Of a stretch of 64,000 bases of DNA, positions 50,346 through 61,163 are shown in pieces. Position 1 is the first letter of the stretch; each line of letters starts with the position of its first letter. This DNA comes from an uncultured Chloroflexia bacterium (GTDB lineage: Bacteria > Chloroflexota > Dehalococcoidia > UBA2979), in the NCBI GenBank assembly GCA_963728205.1, contig CAVSIV010000006.1, forward strand, positions 1,760,001 to 1,824,000, given 5' to 3'. The notes under the pieces are model-generated. The model searched no databases. It was not told where the DNA came from and saw nothing but the letters and a program-made list of their open reading frames with translations. A program made the translations under genes and the position numbers.

Positions 50346-50813
50346 GTGGAGCCTCCTCGGACACCTCGATGTCGACGACCGGGACCGGTCGTGCTGCCGG
50401 CGGGGACGCAGGCCTGTTCCGCGGCGGCGGCCGGCCGGACCCGTCGCCCCGCTCGGGGTGGTCCTGCGGAGCCGCGTGCTCGCGACCGGCAGCGAGGTCC
50501 GCCAGGACGCTGGCCGCGACCGCGGCCAGGTCGGCCAACCGAGCCAGCGTCTCCGGGCTCAGGGACCGGACCACCGCCGCGGAGCGGCACAGCGGACACC
50601 ACTGGCAGAACGGGTCGTGATCGCCGCCCGGCGCCGGCGCCGGCGCTGGCCTCGTCCGGGCTGCGCACGCCCGTGCGGCTCCCGCTCGGCCCCCGCGGGT
50701 GCAGCGTCCTCGGGTGGCACCGCCTCGCGTGCCGCGCGCCTCAGGCTCTCCAACAGCCGGGCAGCCTCGTCGGCGACGGAGCCCACCTGCTCGTCCCACT
50801 GGTCAGCGTCCAC
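50338..50813 (-). CDS. Conserved hypothetical protein (SCO2127/DUF5304-like; frameshifted)
   Basis: VGSVADEAARL and CQWCPLCR motifs; lies between ArsA and glk. Confidence 0.65.
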
Positions 50814-52029
50814 TGGCCCACAGCTCCTCGTCGCGCTCGAAGCGCACCCGCAGCTCGCCCCGACCGACCGCGGCATCGACGACGGTGCACCGGCGCAGGA
50901 CCGAGGGCAGCGTGACGACCCGCCGTTGTCCGCCCACCTCGAGCACGAGGTCGTCCTCCCGTCGGGACACGGCCACCTCTCCGGCCGACACGAGCGGGAG
51001 AGGCAGGGTCAGCACGAAGCGCTCGCCCTCGGCGGCGACGTCCATACGAGGCACGTCGACGTCGGACACGAGGTCTGCCGGCACCGCCCCGGGCGCGGCG
51101 AGCGTGGCCTCCGCGAGGTCGGCCAGCGCGTCAGGGCCGATGGGTTCGCCGGCGAGGTAGGGAACCCTCATGAGCGGGATGCCGTGGAAGGACTCCTGGA
51201 CCATGGCGACGCCGCTCTCCTGCGCGGCAGCCCAGGCGGAGCGCCACCCGTCGCTGTCGCCCTCGCTCACCGGTGGGATCAGCCGGTTGACGACCACGGC
51301 ATCCACGGCGTACCCGTGGAGGGAGAGCGAGGTGAGCACCCGCCGGCTCTCGGCGATCACGACGCGTTCGGGAGTGAGGACGATCCGCACGCTGGCGCGC
51401 GGCGAGGTGAGCAGCGAGCGGATCTCGACCATGAGGTCGCGCCAGGCCCGCAGCACGAGCACCACCTCGGGGCCGGGAGCGGGGACGCCGGTGGCCGCGG
51501 AGGCAGCCGGCCGGAGCACCGTGAGGAGCTTGCGCTGGGCCGGGAGCAGGCGGTCGAGGTGCCACCCGAGCACCTCCGGAAGGGCGAGCAGCCGAAGGGT
51601 CTCGGCCGTGGGGGCGCAGTCGACGACGACGAGGTCCCAGCGGTCCTGCTCCGCCTGGTGGGCCAGCACTGCCAGTGCGGTGACCTCCTCGGCACCCGGG
51701 AGGGAGGTCAGCTCGTCGGCCACGACGGCATCGACGCCCATCGCGTCCAGGACGCGCAGCAGGTAGTCCCGCACGACCTGCCAGTCCGCCGCCACCGAGG
51801 TGTGGGCACCCACGGCGAGGGCGTGCAGTCCCGGCTCCACCTCATGGGTGTCCTGCCAGGTGCGTGCCTCTCGCAGGTCGACGTCGAGAGCGTCCCCCAG
51901 GCTGTGGGCGGCGTCGGTGGACATCACGAGGGTCCGCAGGCCCGAGCGTGCGGCCCGAACCGCCGTGGCGGCGGCGGTGGTGGTCTTGCCGACTCCGCCC
52001 TTGCCCGTGACGAGGACGATCCGTGGCAT
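50803..52029 (-). CDS. ArsA/GET3 family ATPase with C-terminal HSP20-like domain
   Basis: GKGGVGKTT, STDAAHSLGD, DCAPTAETLRLL. Confidence 0.9.
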   Translation of the reverse strand: MPRIVLVTGKGGVGKTTTAAATAVRAARSGLRTLVMSTDAAHSLGDALDVDLREARTWQDTHEVEPGLHALAVGAHTSVAADWQVVRDYLLRVLDAMGVDAVVADELTSLPGAEEVTALAVLAHQAEQDRWDLVVVDCAPTAETLRLLALPEVLGWHLDRLLPAQRKLLTVLRPAASAATGVPAPGPEVVLVLRAWRDLMVEIRSLLTSPRASVRIVLTPERVVIAESRRVLTSLSLHGYAVDAVVVNRLIPPVSEGDSDGWRSAWAAAQESGVAMVQESFHGIPLMRVPYLAGEPIGPDALADLAEATLAAPGAVPADLVSDVDVPRMDVAAEGERFVLTLPLPLVSAGEVAVSRREDDLVLEVGGQRRVVTLPSVLRRCTVVDAAVGRGELRVRFERDEELWASGR

Positions 52030-52036
52030 GAGCCGC

Positions 52037-52480
52037 TCAGCCCTCGACGCGCTTCTTGAGCTCGGAGAGCGCGGTGTTGATGATGTGCTTCTCGGCCTTG
52101 CGCTTGAGCATCCCGATCATCGGCATGGTGAGGTCGACCTCGAGGTCGTAGGTGACCAGGGTCCCGGCGCCGCTCGGTGCGAGGGTGTAGCTGCCGGTGA
52201 GGCCCTTGAGCAGGTGGGCGCGCACGAGCCGCCACGACACCACCCCGCTGCCGTCGTCGGCGACGTCCCACTCGTACTCCAGGACGTAGTCATCGCGGAT
52301 CGCCCCGGCGTCCAGGACGAACTCCACGTGGTCGGCCCACCCGTCGCCGTCGCTGCTGAGCACGGTGCACTTCTTGACCTGCTCGGCCCACTCGGGGTAG
52401 CGCTCGAAGTCGGCGATGACGTCGAGGATGTCCCCCGGCGAGGCGGTGATCTCCATCGTGGACTGGGTGCGGTCGGCCAT
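52037..52480 (-). CDS. SRPBCC/cyclase family protein
   Basis: IADFERYPEW, DDYVLEY, GSYTL, KRKAEK..I.TAL.ELKKRVE. Confidence 0.88.
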   Translation of the reverse strand: MADRTQSTMEITASPGDILDVIADFERYPEWAEQVKKCTVLSSDGDGWADHVEFVLDAGAIRDDYVLEYEWDVADDGSGVVSWRLVRAHLLKGLTGSYTLAPSGAGTLVTYDLEVDLTMPMIGMLKRKAEKHIINTALSELKKRVEG

Positions 52481-52531
52481 GGCAGGGAGGTTACCCGCTC
52501 GCGGGGGTCCTAAGGTTGTGGGTCAGACCAC

Positions 52532-54346
52532 GTGCGTCGACCGAAGGAGCTCACCGTGATCGAGAAGTCAACCCCCCTCGTGCTGCCAGCGACCGACGAA
52601 GGAAGCCTCGCAGACGTCCCCGGTCGCTGGGCGAGCACCGAGCCCGGACGAGTGACGTTCTCGGTGCGCTCCGGCGGAGGCTGGACCGATGTGACCGCGG
52701 CCACCTTCGCCGCCGACGTGGCTGCCCTGGCCAAGGGGTTCATCGCCGCTGGCGTGGCACAGGGGCAGGCCGTGGCCATCATGAGCCGCACGCGCTACGA
52801 GTGGACCGTCGCGGACTTCGCCCTGTGGTCGGTGGGGGCGGTGCCGGTGCCGATCTACGAGACCTCCTCGCCCGACCAGGTCCAGTGGATCCTGCGCGAC
52901 TCGGATGCGGTGGGCGTGCTCGTCGAGACCGCGAACCACCGGGCGTCCGTGGAGCAGGGGCGGGGCGAGCTCCCGGAGCTGGCCCACGTGTGGGTCATCG
53001 ACCAGGGCGACATCGACACCCTCAGTCTCGACGGCAACGACGTCGAGGACGCGGAGCTGGCGGCGCGACGGGCAGCCCTGAGCCGCAACGACCTCGCGAC
53101 GATCATCTACACCTCCGGAACGACCGGTCGTCCCAAGGGCGTCGAGCTGACCCACGGCAACTTCCTCACCCTCTCGGAGAACACCGCGCAGAAGCTCGCC
53201 GACGTGGTCGCGAGCCCCGGTGCCTCGACCCTGCTCTTCCTGCCCGTCGCGCACGTGTTCGCGCGGTTCATCGAGGTCCTCGCTGTCACCGCCGGAGTCC
53301 GGATGGGGCACTCCTCCGACCTCAAGACGTTGATGGAGGACTTCGCGGCGTTCCAGCCCACCTTCATCCTCGCGGTCCCGCGCGTCTTCGAGAAGATCTT
53401 CAACTCGGCGGAGGCCAAGGCCCACGCAGGCGGCAAGGCCAAGATCTTCGACGGCGCCGCGGCGGCGGCCATCGCGTGGTCGGAGGCCCTGGACAGCGGC
53501 ACGGTGCCCTTCGGTCTGCGGGTGCGGCACGCGGTCTTCGACAAGCTGGTCTACGCGAAGCTCCGTGAGGCCATGGGCGGCAAGGTGGAGTACGCCGTGT
53601 CCGGTGGCGCACCGCTCGGCACCCGCCTGGGGCACTTCTTCCGCGGGATCGGCGTGACGATCCTCGAGGGCTACGGGCTCACCGAGACGACGGCCCCCGC
53701 CACGGTCAACCAGCCGGATGCCCTGCGGATCGGCTCCGTCGGCCAGCCACTTCCCGGGGTCGACATCCGGATCGCCGACGACGGCGAGATCTGCATCCGT
53801 GGGATCAACGTCTTCCACGCCTACCACAGCAACGAGACCGCGACCGCGGAGGCCATCCGCGACGGCTGGTTCCACACCGGTGACATCGGGGAGCTCGACG
53901 ACGACGGCTTCCTGCGGATCACCGGGCGCAAGAAGGAGATCCTCGTCACCGCGGGTGGGAAGAACGTCGCTCCGGCCGTGCTCGAGGACAGGCTGCGGGC
54001 CCACCCCCTGGTGTCCCAGTGCATCGTCGTCGGCGATGGCCAGCCGTTCATCGCGGCCCTGGTCACCCTCGATGCCGACATGTACCCGGGGTGGGCGGCC
54101 AACCACGGCCTCGAGGCGGTGCCCTTCGCGGCGGCCCGCACCAACGAGCAGATCCTCGCGGAGATCCAGCTCGCCGTCGACGACGCCAACACCGCGGTCT
54201 CCAGGGCCGAGTCGATCCGCAAGTTCGCGATCCTCGATGCCGACTTCACCGAGGAGTCCGGCCACCTCACCCCGTCGCTCAAGCTCAAGCGCAACGTCGT
54301 GATGCGCGACTTCGAGGACGAGGTCGCGGCCCTCTACGGTGGCTGA
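52532..54346 (+). CDS. Long-chain fatty acid-CoA ligase (FadD15-like)
   Basis: YTSGTTGRPKG, EGYGLTET, TGDIG, GRKKE, TPSLKLKR. Confidence 0.92.
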   Translation: MRRPKELTVIEKSTPLVLPATDEGSLADVPGRWASTEPGRVTFSVRSGGGWTDVTAATFAADVAALAKGFIAAGVAQGQAVAIMSRTRYEWTVADFALWSVGAVPVPIYETSSPDQVQWILRDSDAVGVLVETANHRASVEQGRGELPELAHVWVIDQGDIDTLSLDGNDVEDAELAARRAALSRNDLATIIYTSGTTGRPKGVELTHGNFLTLSENTAQKLADVVASPGASTLLFLPVAHVFARFIEVLAVTAGVRMGHSSDLKTLMEDFAAFQPTFILAVPRVFEKIFNSAEAKAHAGGKAKIFDGAAAAAIAWSEALDSGTVPFGLRVRHAVFDKLVYAKLREAMGGKVEYAVSGGAPLGTRLGHFFRGIGVTILEGYGLTETTAPATVNQPDALRIGSVGQPLPGVDIRIADDGEICIRGINVFHAYHSNETATAEAIRDGWFHTGDIGELDDDGFLRITGRKKEILVTAGGKNVAPAVLEDRLRAHPLVSQCIVVGDGQPFIAALVTLDADMYPGWAANHGLEAVPFAAARTNEQILAEIQLAVDDANTAVSRAESIRKFAILDADFTEESGHLTPSLKLKRNVVMRDFEDEVAALYGG

Positions 54347-55700
54347 CCCGGCTCCTTCCGCGGGTCACCTCTCTGCGGTCCGAGTCCTGCCGTGGGTGCT
54401 CGGCACGGCCTGGCTGGCATGGTTCGGCGTCCTCCAGTGGAGCGTCGTGCGGTTTCGGGTCCCCATCGTGGTGACCCTCACGCTGTGCACCGTGCTGCTC
54501 GCCTGGTGGCTCGTGCGACGGGTGGAGGTGCCGCTGCCTCGCCGGCTGGCGCCGCTCGTGCTGCTGGGGTCGATCGCGGTCGGCGTCACGGTGCCCCTGT
54601 TCACCTACCTTCGGGGCGGCTGGGTGACCCTCGCCCTGGCACTCATCACCGTCGGCGGCCTGGTCTGCGCCGCCCTCCTCCTGAACCCGCACCCGTGGGC
54701 GGCGCGAGCCGCGTTCGGGGTCGCGGTCCTGACCCACGTCTCCCTCTCCGTCGTGGCGATCATCGGTGACCCCGCCCCGAGGATCGACGTCTGGGTCGTC
54801 CTCCAGCAGGGCTCCGACGCCCTCGGCCGGGGCGAGAACCTCTACACCCAGCAATGGACCGACTCCCCCGGTGTCCAGGACTTCTTCCCCTACCTCCCCT
54901 GGATGGCTGTGCTCGTCGCTCCGGCCCGGTGGCTGGCCGGCGACGTCCGGTGGGCCCTCCTGCTGTGGTCGGTCATCCTGTACGTCGGGCTCTGGGCCCT
55001 CGCGCGCGGAAGGGTCGAGCGGGCCGCCGCGGTCACCGCCGTCCTCGTGCTCGCGCCGGGCAGCCTGACCCAGATCGACCAGTCGTGGACCGAGCCGGTG
55101 CTGGCGGCCGCGCTCGTCTGGTGGGCCGTGCTGGTCCGGCGTGGTCACGCGTGGTGGGCGGTCGTCCCCCTCGCCCTGGCGTGCGCGAGCAAGCAACACC
55201 TCGCGCTGCTCGCCCCGGTGCTGCTCGCCTGGCGACCGTTCGGGGTGGCCCGCACGCTGGTCACCGGCGGGGTCACCGCCCTGCTCCTGCTCCCCTGGGT
55301 GCTCGCCGACCCGGGCGCCTTCGTCGGCGACACGGTGACCACGCTGCTGGAGTTCCATCCGATCCGGTTCGCGAACACGTGGTACCTGTACTTCCTCAAC
55401 GAGTGGGGCGTCACCCTGCCGTTCGCCGTCACCGCGACGGTCATGGTGGGGGTCGTCGCGGTGGCGACATATGCCGTGTGGCGACGCCAACCACCGCTCG
55501 CCGAGGTGCTGCGCTGGCTCGCGCTGGTGCTCGCAGTGGCGAACCTCGTCAACAAGCAGGCGTTCTACAACCAGTACTGGTTGGTCGGGGCTCTCGTCGC
55601 GGCGTCCCTCGCGCTGCCCCGCGAACCGGACCGGGGGCCGGACCGGGGGCTAGGCCTCAGGAGGCAAGAGAGCGCAGGTGCTCCCGCCACTCCCCGGTGA
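54339..55700 (+). CDS. Polytopic membrane protein, GT-C/GT87-like glycosyltransferase
   Basis: ~11 TM helices; RIDVW...GENLY...FPYLP; SKQH; NKQAFYNQY. Confidence 0.6.
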   Translation: MADPAPSAGHLSAVRVLPWVLGTAWLAWFGVLQWSVVRFRVPIVVTLTLCTVLLAWWLVRRVEVPLPRRLAPLVLLGSIAVGVTVPLFTYLRGGWVTLALALITVGGLVCAALLLNPHPWAARAAFGVAVLTHVSLSVVAIIGDPAPRIDVWVVLQQGSDALGRGENLYTQQWTDSPGVQDFFPYLPWMAVLVAPARWLAGDVRWALLLWSVILYVGLWALARGRVERAAAVTAVLVLAPGSLTQIDQSWTEPVLAAALVWWAVLVRRGHAWWAVVPLALACASKQHLALLAPVLLAWRPFGVARTLVTGGVTALLLLPWVLADPGAFVGDTVTTLLEFHPIRFANTWYLYFLNEWGVTLPFAVTATVMVGVVAVATYAVWRRQPPLAEVLRWLALVLAVANLVNKQAFYNQYWLVGALVAASLALPREPDRGPDRGLGLRRQESAGAPATPR

Positions 55701-56953
55701 GGTTCTCGCGCGTGGTGCCCAGCACGTCGCGCAGCGCCCGGTCCGTGGCGGCGCGCACCTCGGCGTCTGACCCGGTGCTCGAGGCGGCCACGACGAAGCG
55801 GCGCAGCGCGGCCTCGCCGTTGCGGGCGGCGATGAGCTCGACCGCCTGCCACGAGGCGAGATAGGCCACCTCGATGTCGCCGTTGGCAGGGTCGACCTCC
55901 TCGCGCCCCGGCAGCCGGGTCGGCGCCGATCCGGCGCGCACCGCGGCCGCGAGCGGAGCGGTGAGCCGGGAGACCGGCAGTCCGGCGTACCGGTAGCCGA
56001 CGTGGTCCGCGTAGCCCTCCGTCACCCAGGGCTCCGCACGGCCGGGGACGGTGGACCGGACGGCGACGTGGGTGAGCTCGTGCGCGAGGACGACCTGCCG
56101 TCCGGCCGGCGTCAGCCTGGCGAACGCTCCCGGGTCGAGGATCACGCGGTCGCCCGTGGCGGTGCCTTCGGCGCCCACCGGGCCCTCGGTCGTGGCCGCC
56201 ACCGCCGCTTCCGGCGAGGTGCGCCCCAGGACGCGGTCCGCCTCGGCCTGCGTGGCCGGCGCCAGGACGAGCACGCGATCGGGCACCGTCCACGTCGTCG
56301 CGAGGTCTGCACGGGCGCGCTCCACGGCCGCGGCATGCTCGGCGAGGACGTCGGCGTCGACCGTTCCGACGACGACGGCGTGCGGGCTGCGCTCGACGAC
56401 CGCGCCCGGAAGGGCGAGCCACGGCGCCGTCGACCCCGGGCCCGGCGGGACTCTCGGAGGCGACGAGCCACCCATCGCCCGAGCGCACCAGGGCGGAGGT
56501 GGTCGTGGCCGTACGGTCCCCGGTGTCGACGCCGACCACCCGGTAGTGCAGCACCGTCTCGACGGTGACGTCCTCGGCCGGAGGCGACACGTCGGCGGGG
56601 GCCGTAAGCACCCGGAACTCGGTGTGGCGGACCCGGTCGAGGCCGAGGTCGACGGCCGTGTCGAACGCCGCGAGCTGTCGCCGCCCTTCGGGTGATGGCG
56701 GGCCGGCGACGGTTGCGGCATAGGCCTGCCTGTCCCCCGTCGTCAGGGCGATCTCGCGCGCGGTGAGCACGGCGTCGATGGCGGCGCGGTCGCCGGCGAC
56801 GAGGCCGGACTGCCCAGCGGGCGGGGCGGCGTTGAGTGACGAGCCTCCCGTGGGCGTGGCTGCCCCCTGGGTGCCGCCGCCCCGCTCCTGCCCGGCGCAC
56901 CCGGCCAGCAGACCCGACACCCCGAGAATCACGACGGCGAACACCGCTCCCAT
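55657..56953 (-). CDS. Secreted lipoprotein with HExxH (peptidase MA-like, Rv2189c-like); frameshift near 56460
   Basis: Lipobox LLAGC; VLAHELTHVA; WVTEGYAD. Confidence 0.75.
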
Positions 56954-57058
56954 TCGCGCAGCCCGGGGGGCCGTGGTGGGCGCGCGCCCGAGCCGTGAAC
57001 GGTCGATGGGCGGGAGCGGTGGGCACACCCCATCGTAGGAAGGCCCGGCAGGGCGCCG

Positions 57059-57355
57059 TCACCCCACGGCCCGACCACCGTCCGGGCTCTGCGACGGAGT
57101 CGGCGTGGCCGCACCCCACACCCGGTGCCCCGGGTCGAGCCTGGCCCTCAGCCGCGACGCGGAGTCGGCATCGACCAGGCCCGCCCCCACCAGCCTGGTC
57201 ACCGCCGCGCGCTCCTCGGCGTCGAGGCCGTGGTCGGGCGGCGGGGCATGCGCCGTGAGCTCGAGCAGCACCGGCACCATGCAGTCGCCGCAGTGCAGCT
57301 CGCGCACCGGGCAGGTGCGGCACTCGACCGTCAGTGCGAGGTCGTTGGTCGTCAT
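57059..57355 (-). CDS. Small Cys-rich protein (CxxC-x6-CxDC)
   Basis: VECRTCPVRELHCGDCMVPVLL...LDAEERAAV..L..AGLV; GGAG RBS. Confidence 0.75.
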   Translation of the reverse strand: MTTNDLALTVECRTCPVRELHCGDCMVPVLLELTAHAPPPDHGLDAEERAAVTRLVGAGLVDADSASRLRARLDPGHRVWGAATPTPSQSPDGGRAVG

Positions 57356-57387
57356 GCGTCTCACTCCCTTCCGAGTGGTCTGCGTCC

Positions 57388-57409
57388 ACGCTATGGGCGG
57401 GCACCGACA
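57388..57409 (-). promoter_or_regulatory. PafBC / RecA-NDp promoter TGTCGG-N10-TAGCGT for the small Cys-rich gene
   Basis: Minus strand reads TGTCGG TGCCCGCCCA TAGCGT. Confidence 0.72.
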
Positions 57410-57474
57410 GGGCCGCGGACCGTGTCGGAGCAGCTCCCGGTCTCCGGCCGCGGCGCCGCGCGCCTCACTCGTGC

Positions 57475-57496
57475 TGTCGGTACCGGCGCCTACCGT
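57475..57496 (+). promoter_or_regulatory. PafBC / RecA-NDp promoter TGTCGG-N10-TACCGT (leaderless) for the DEDD nuclease
   Basis: TGTCGG TACCGGCGCC TACCGT, with the ATG 7 nt downstream. Confidence 0.8.
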
Positions 57497-57503
57497 CGGC
57501 GAC

Positions 57504-59223
57504 ATGACGATGGTCCAGGGCACGTTCGACGACCTCGGCACCGCACTGTCCACCGTCACCTTCGTCGTCGTCGACCTCGAGACCACCGGGGGGAGCCCCG
57601 CCGAGTGCGGCATCACCGAGATCGGCGCCGTCAGGGTGCGCGGCGGCGAGGTCCTCGGCGAGTTCCAGACCCTCGTCAACCCCGGCACGGCCATCCCCGC
57701 CTTCATCTCGGTGCTCACCGGCATCACCGACTCGATGGTCACCGGAGCACCTCGCATCGAGGCCGCCCTGCCGGCCTTCCTCGAGTTCGCGGCCGGGTCG
57801 GTGCTCGTCGCGCACAACGCGGGCTTCGACATCTCCTTCCTCAAGGCCGCGGCACGGCGCACCGACCAGGAGTGGCCGGGCTTTCCCGTGCTCGACACGG
57901 TGCACCTGGCCCGCCAGCTGGTGCGCCGCGACGAGGTGCCCAACCACCGCCTCTCCTCGCTGGCCCGCCTGTTCCGGGCGGGCACGACCCCCGACCACCG
58001 GGCCCTGCACGACGCCAGGGCCACCGTCGACGTGCTGCACGGCCTCATCGAGCGCGTCGGCTCGCTCGGCGTGCACTCCCTCGAGGAGCTGCTCGACTAC
58101 ACCGCGCAGGTGTCGCCGGCCCGCCGCCGCAAGCGTCACCTCGCCGACGGGCTGCCCGATGCCCCCGGCGTCTACCTCTTCAAGGACGGTCAGGGCCGGG
58201 TGCTCTACGTCGGCACGTCGGTCTCCATCCGCACCCGGGTGCGCTCCTACTTCACCGCGTCCGAGCACCGTCGCCGGATGGGTGAGATGGTTCGCATCGC
58301 CGAGTCCGTGAGCCCGGTGGTCTGCGCCACCACGTTGGAGGCCGAGGTGCGTGAGCTGCGGCTCATCGCCCAGCACAAGCCGCGCTACAACCGGCGCTCC
58401 CGGCATCCCGAGCGGGCCCTGTGGGTCAAGCTCACCGTCGAGCCCTTCCCGCGGCTGAGCATCGTGCGCACGGTCGCCGACGACGGCAGCAGGTATGCCG
58501 GCCCCTTCGGCTCGCGCTCGGCCGCACAGGCCGCGGTCGCCGCCGTGCACGAGGTGCTCCCGCTGCGCCAGTGCCTGGAGCGGCTCTCCCCCACTAGGCC
58601 ACGATCGGCCTGCGCCCTTGCCGAGATGGGCCGCTGCGGGGCTCCGTGCACCGGCGCCCAGAGCGTCGACGACTACGCCCGCGTCGTCGACCGGGCGGTC
58701 GAGCTGCTCGCCGGCGACACGCGCGAGCTGCTCACCGCCCTGCGTGCCCGGTTGGCCGAGCTCGCCGCTGCCGAGCGCTTCGAGGACGCCCAGGTGGTGC
58801 GCGACCGGCTGGTCGCCCTCGTGCGCGGCACCTCCCGCTCCCAGAGACTCGACCCTCTCGCCCGCATCGGCGAGCTCGTGGCCGCCCGCCGCTCGACCCT
58901 GGGCGGGTGGGAGATCGTGTGCGTGCGCCACGGGCGCCTGGCGGGCAGCACCACGGCGCCTCGCGGGGCCGACCCGATGCCCTACGTCGAGGCCCTCCGG
59001 GCCAGCGCCGAGGTCGTGGCCCCGGCTCCACCGCCCTCCACCGCCGCCACCGCCGAGGAGAGCGAGAAGATCCTGCGCTGGCTCGAGTCGCCGGGGGTAC
59101 GCATCGTCGACGTCGACGGGATCATGGACCTGCCCGGTCGGCGGGTCGGCAGCGGTGCGAGCCGAGCTCGAGCCGCTGGAGACCTCGCGGCGAGCCGCGC
59201 CGGGGTTCGCCGGCACCCGGTGA
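57504..59223 (+). CDS. DEDD exonuclease + GIY-YIG (UvrC/Cho-like) protein, Rv2191-like; frameshift near 59120
   Basis: VVDLETTG, AHNAGFD, HRALHDA; PGVYLF...LYVG...RVRSYF; KPRYN; Cys cluster; UVR-like ERFEDA. Confidence 0.9.
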
Positions 59224-59264
59224 GGCCCACCCCGCGGCGCGGGGCCGGCGGCTAGTCTGAGTCG

Positions 59265-59546
59265 GTGATCACCGCCATCGTCCTCATCAGCGCCGACGTC
59301 GACCGCATCCCCGAGGTCGCCCAGGAGATCGCCGACCTCGACGGCGTCACCGAGGTCTACTCCGTCGCCGGCGACGCCGACCTCATCGCGATGGTGCGGG
59401 TGCGCCAGCACGAGGAGCTCGCCGACGTCATCGCCGACCGCCTCAACAAGGTCACGGGCGTCACGGGCACGGCCACGCACATCGCGTTCCGCACCTACTC
59501 CGCGCACGACCTCGAGGCCGCCTTCAGCCTCGGCATCGACGACTGA
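59265..59546 (+). CDS. Lrp/AsnC ligand-binding domain protein
   Basis: ITAIVLI...GVTEVYSVAG..DLIA...THIAFRTYS. Confidence 0.88.
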   Translation: MITAIVLISADVDRIPEVAQEIADLDGVTEVYSVAGDADLIAMVRVRQHEELADVIADRLNKVTGVTGTATHIAFRTYSAHDLEAAFSLGIDD

Positions 59547-59570
59547 GGGCCACGCCTCCCCCGCTCCCGC

Positions 59571-61163
59571 TCAGCGGACGAGGTCGCGCCGGCGGAAGCC
59601 GGTGAACCCGATCGCGAGGAACGCCACGGTCACCATGCTGACCCAGAGCAGGCCGGTCCAGTCGGCGTCGGAGACGGTGACGTCCGGGACGTGCCAGAAG
59701 GGGCTGATCGCCAGGGCCCAGTCGGGAAGCCCGAACGTGGGCCCGAGCAGGGTCAGCCCGAACGACGACAGCACCCCGACCCAGGCGGCCAGGATGATGA
59801 CCGGCCGGGCGCCGACGACCGCCACGGACACGCTGACGATCGCCCACACCGCGGGAACCATGGCGACCGCCTGCAGCACGCCGTCGCCGAACGCGACCCC
59901 GATGTCGGCGCTGGATGCGACGGCGGCGATGAGCGTGCCCGCGAGCAGGACGAACGCGCTGCACGCGGCCAGCGCAACGGCGACGCTGGAGGCGAAGTAG
60001 CGGGGGCGCGTCACGGCAGTGGCGATGATCGGCTCGACCCGGTCGTCCATCTCCTCGGAGCGGACCCGGAGCACGACCTGGACCGCCGGGACGGCGGCCA
60101 GGATGCCGACGAGGCTGAGGATCGTCACGAGGAAGGCCGAGATGAGCTGGTCGGGGCTGGCCGCGCCGGCGGCCAGGAACTGCTGCACTCCGGTGTCGGA
60201 GGCGAGGATGTCCTTGACCGATGTCGTGAAGTACCCGAACACCAGGCCGAGGGCGGTGAACGCCGCGGTCCAGGTGATGAACGACCCGCGGCTCAGCCGG
60301 AGCGCCAGCGCCAGCGGCGTGTGCATCGTGCCGCGGCCGGGGCCGGGCCGCGGCGCGACCGCTCCCTGACCGAAGTCGCGGCGGGCCTGGAGGGCGAACG
60401 CCACGGCCAGCAGGACCGCCGCCAGGGCGACCGCGAGCAGGAGGGGCCACCAGGTGTTCCCGGTCGCCGGTCGCGTCTCGGTCATCCACCCGAGCGGGTT
60501 CACCCAGATCGTCCACTCCGGCGCCTCGAGGGAGTAGGCGATCCCCCGCAGCATGAACAGCACGCCCAGGGCTCCGACCGCCATCGAGCTGGCGGTGCGG
60601 GCGTCGGACCCGAGCTGGGCCGTCACCGCCGCCAGGGCGGCGAAGAGCCACCCGGTGGCGGTGAAGGTCGCGGCGAGCAGCATCGAGGCCTCCCACGCGC
60701 CACCCGAGAGCACCGTGGCGAGGCCGACCACGATGCCGAGCGCGAGCGACCCGAGGTAGGCCAGGCCGACCGCGGTCATCAGCCGGCTCCCACGACCCAG
60801 CACCCCGGAGGCGAGCAGCTCGGCTTGCCCCGAGTCCTCCTGCCCTCGCGTGGCACGGGTGACGGCCAGGATCGCCCCGAGCGCTGCGAGGAAGCCGCCG
60901 AGGGCAAGACTGCGCCAGGCGTTGAACCCGTCGACCGTGCTGAGGTCGTAGGCGGGGCCGAAGATGAGCCCGAGCGCGGGGTTGGCGCCGATCGCCCCGG
61001 CGAGGGCGGCTCGGTCCTGCTCGGTCGGGAAGACGAATGCGTAGACGAGCACCGACGAGGTCGACAGCGCGGTCGTCAGGACGATCCACGGAACGAGCAG
61101 TCGTCCGTCGTGCTTGAGGGTGGTGCGCAGCAGGGGCGCGGTGCCGGTGAGTGCCAGGCTCAT
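59571..61163 (-). CDS. ABC-2 type exporter permease (tetronasin-resistance-like)
   Basis: ~12 TM helices; [13 protein letters not shown]; ISPFWH; GFRRRDL. Confidence 0.85.
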   Translation of the reverse strand: MSLALTGTAPLLRTTLKHDGRLLVPWIVLTTALSTSSVLVYAFVFPTEQDRAALAGAIGANPALGLIFGPAYDLSTVDGFNAWRSLALGGFLAALGAILAVTRATRGQEDSGQAELLASGVLGRGSRLMTAVGLAYLGSLALGIVVGLATVLSGGAWEASMLLAATFTATGWLFAALAAVTAQLGSDARTASSMAVGALGVLFMLRGIAYSLEAPEWTIWVNPLGWMTETRPATGNTWWPLLLAVALAAVLLAVAFALQARRDFGQGAVAPRPGPGRGTMHTPLALALRLSRGSFITWTAAFTALGLVFGYFTTSVKDILASDTGVQQFLAAGAASPDQLISAFLVTILSLVGILAAVPAVQVVLRVRSEEMDDRVEPIIATAVTRPRYFASSVAVALAACSAFVLLAGTLIAAVASSADIGVAFGDGVLQAVAMVPAVWAIVSVSVAVVGARPVIILAAWVGVLSSFGLTLLGPTFGLPDWALAISPFWHVPDVTVSDADWTGLLWVSMVTVAFLAIGFTGFRRRDLVR

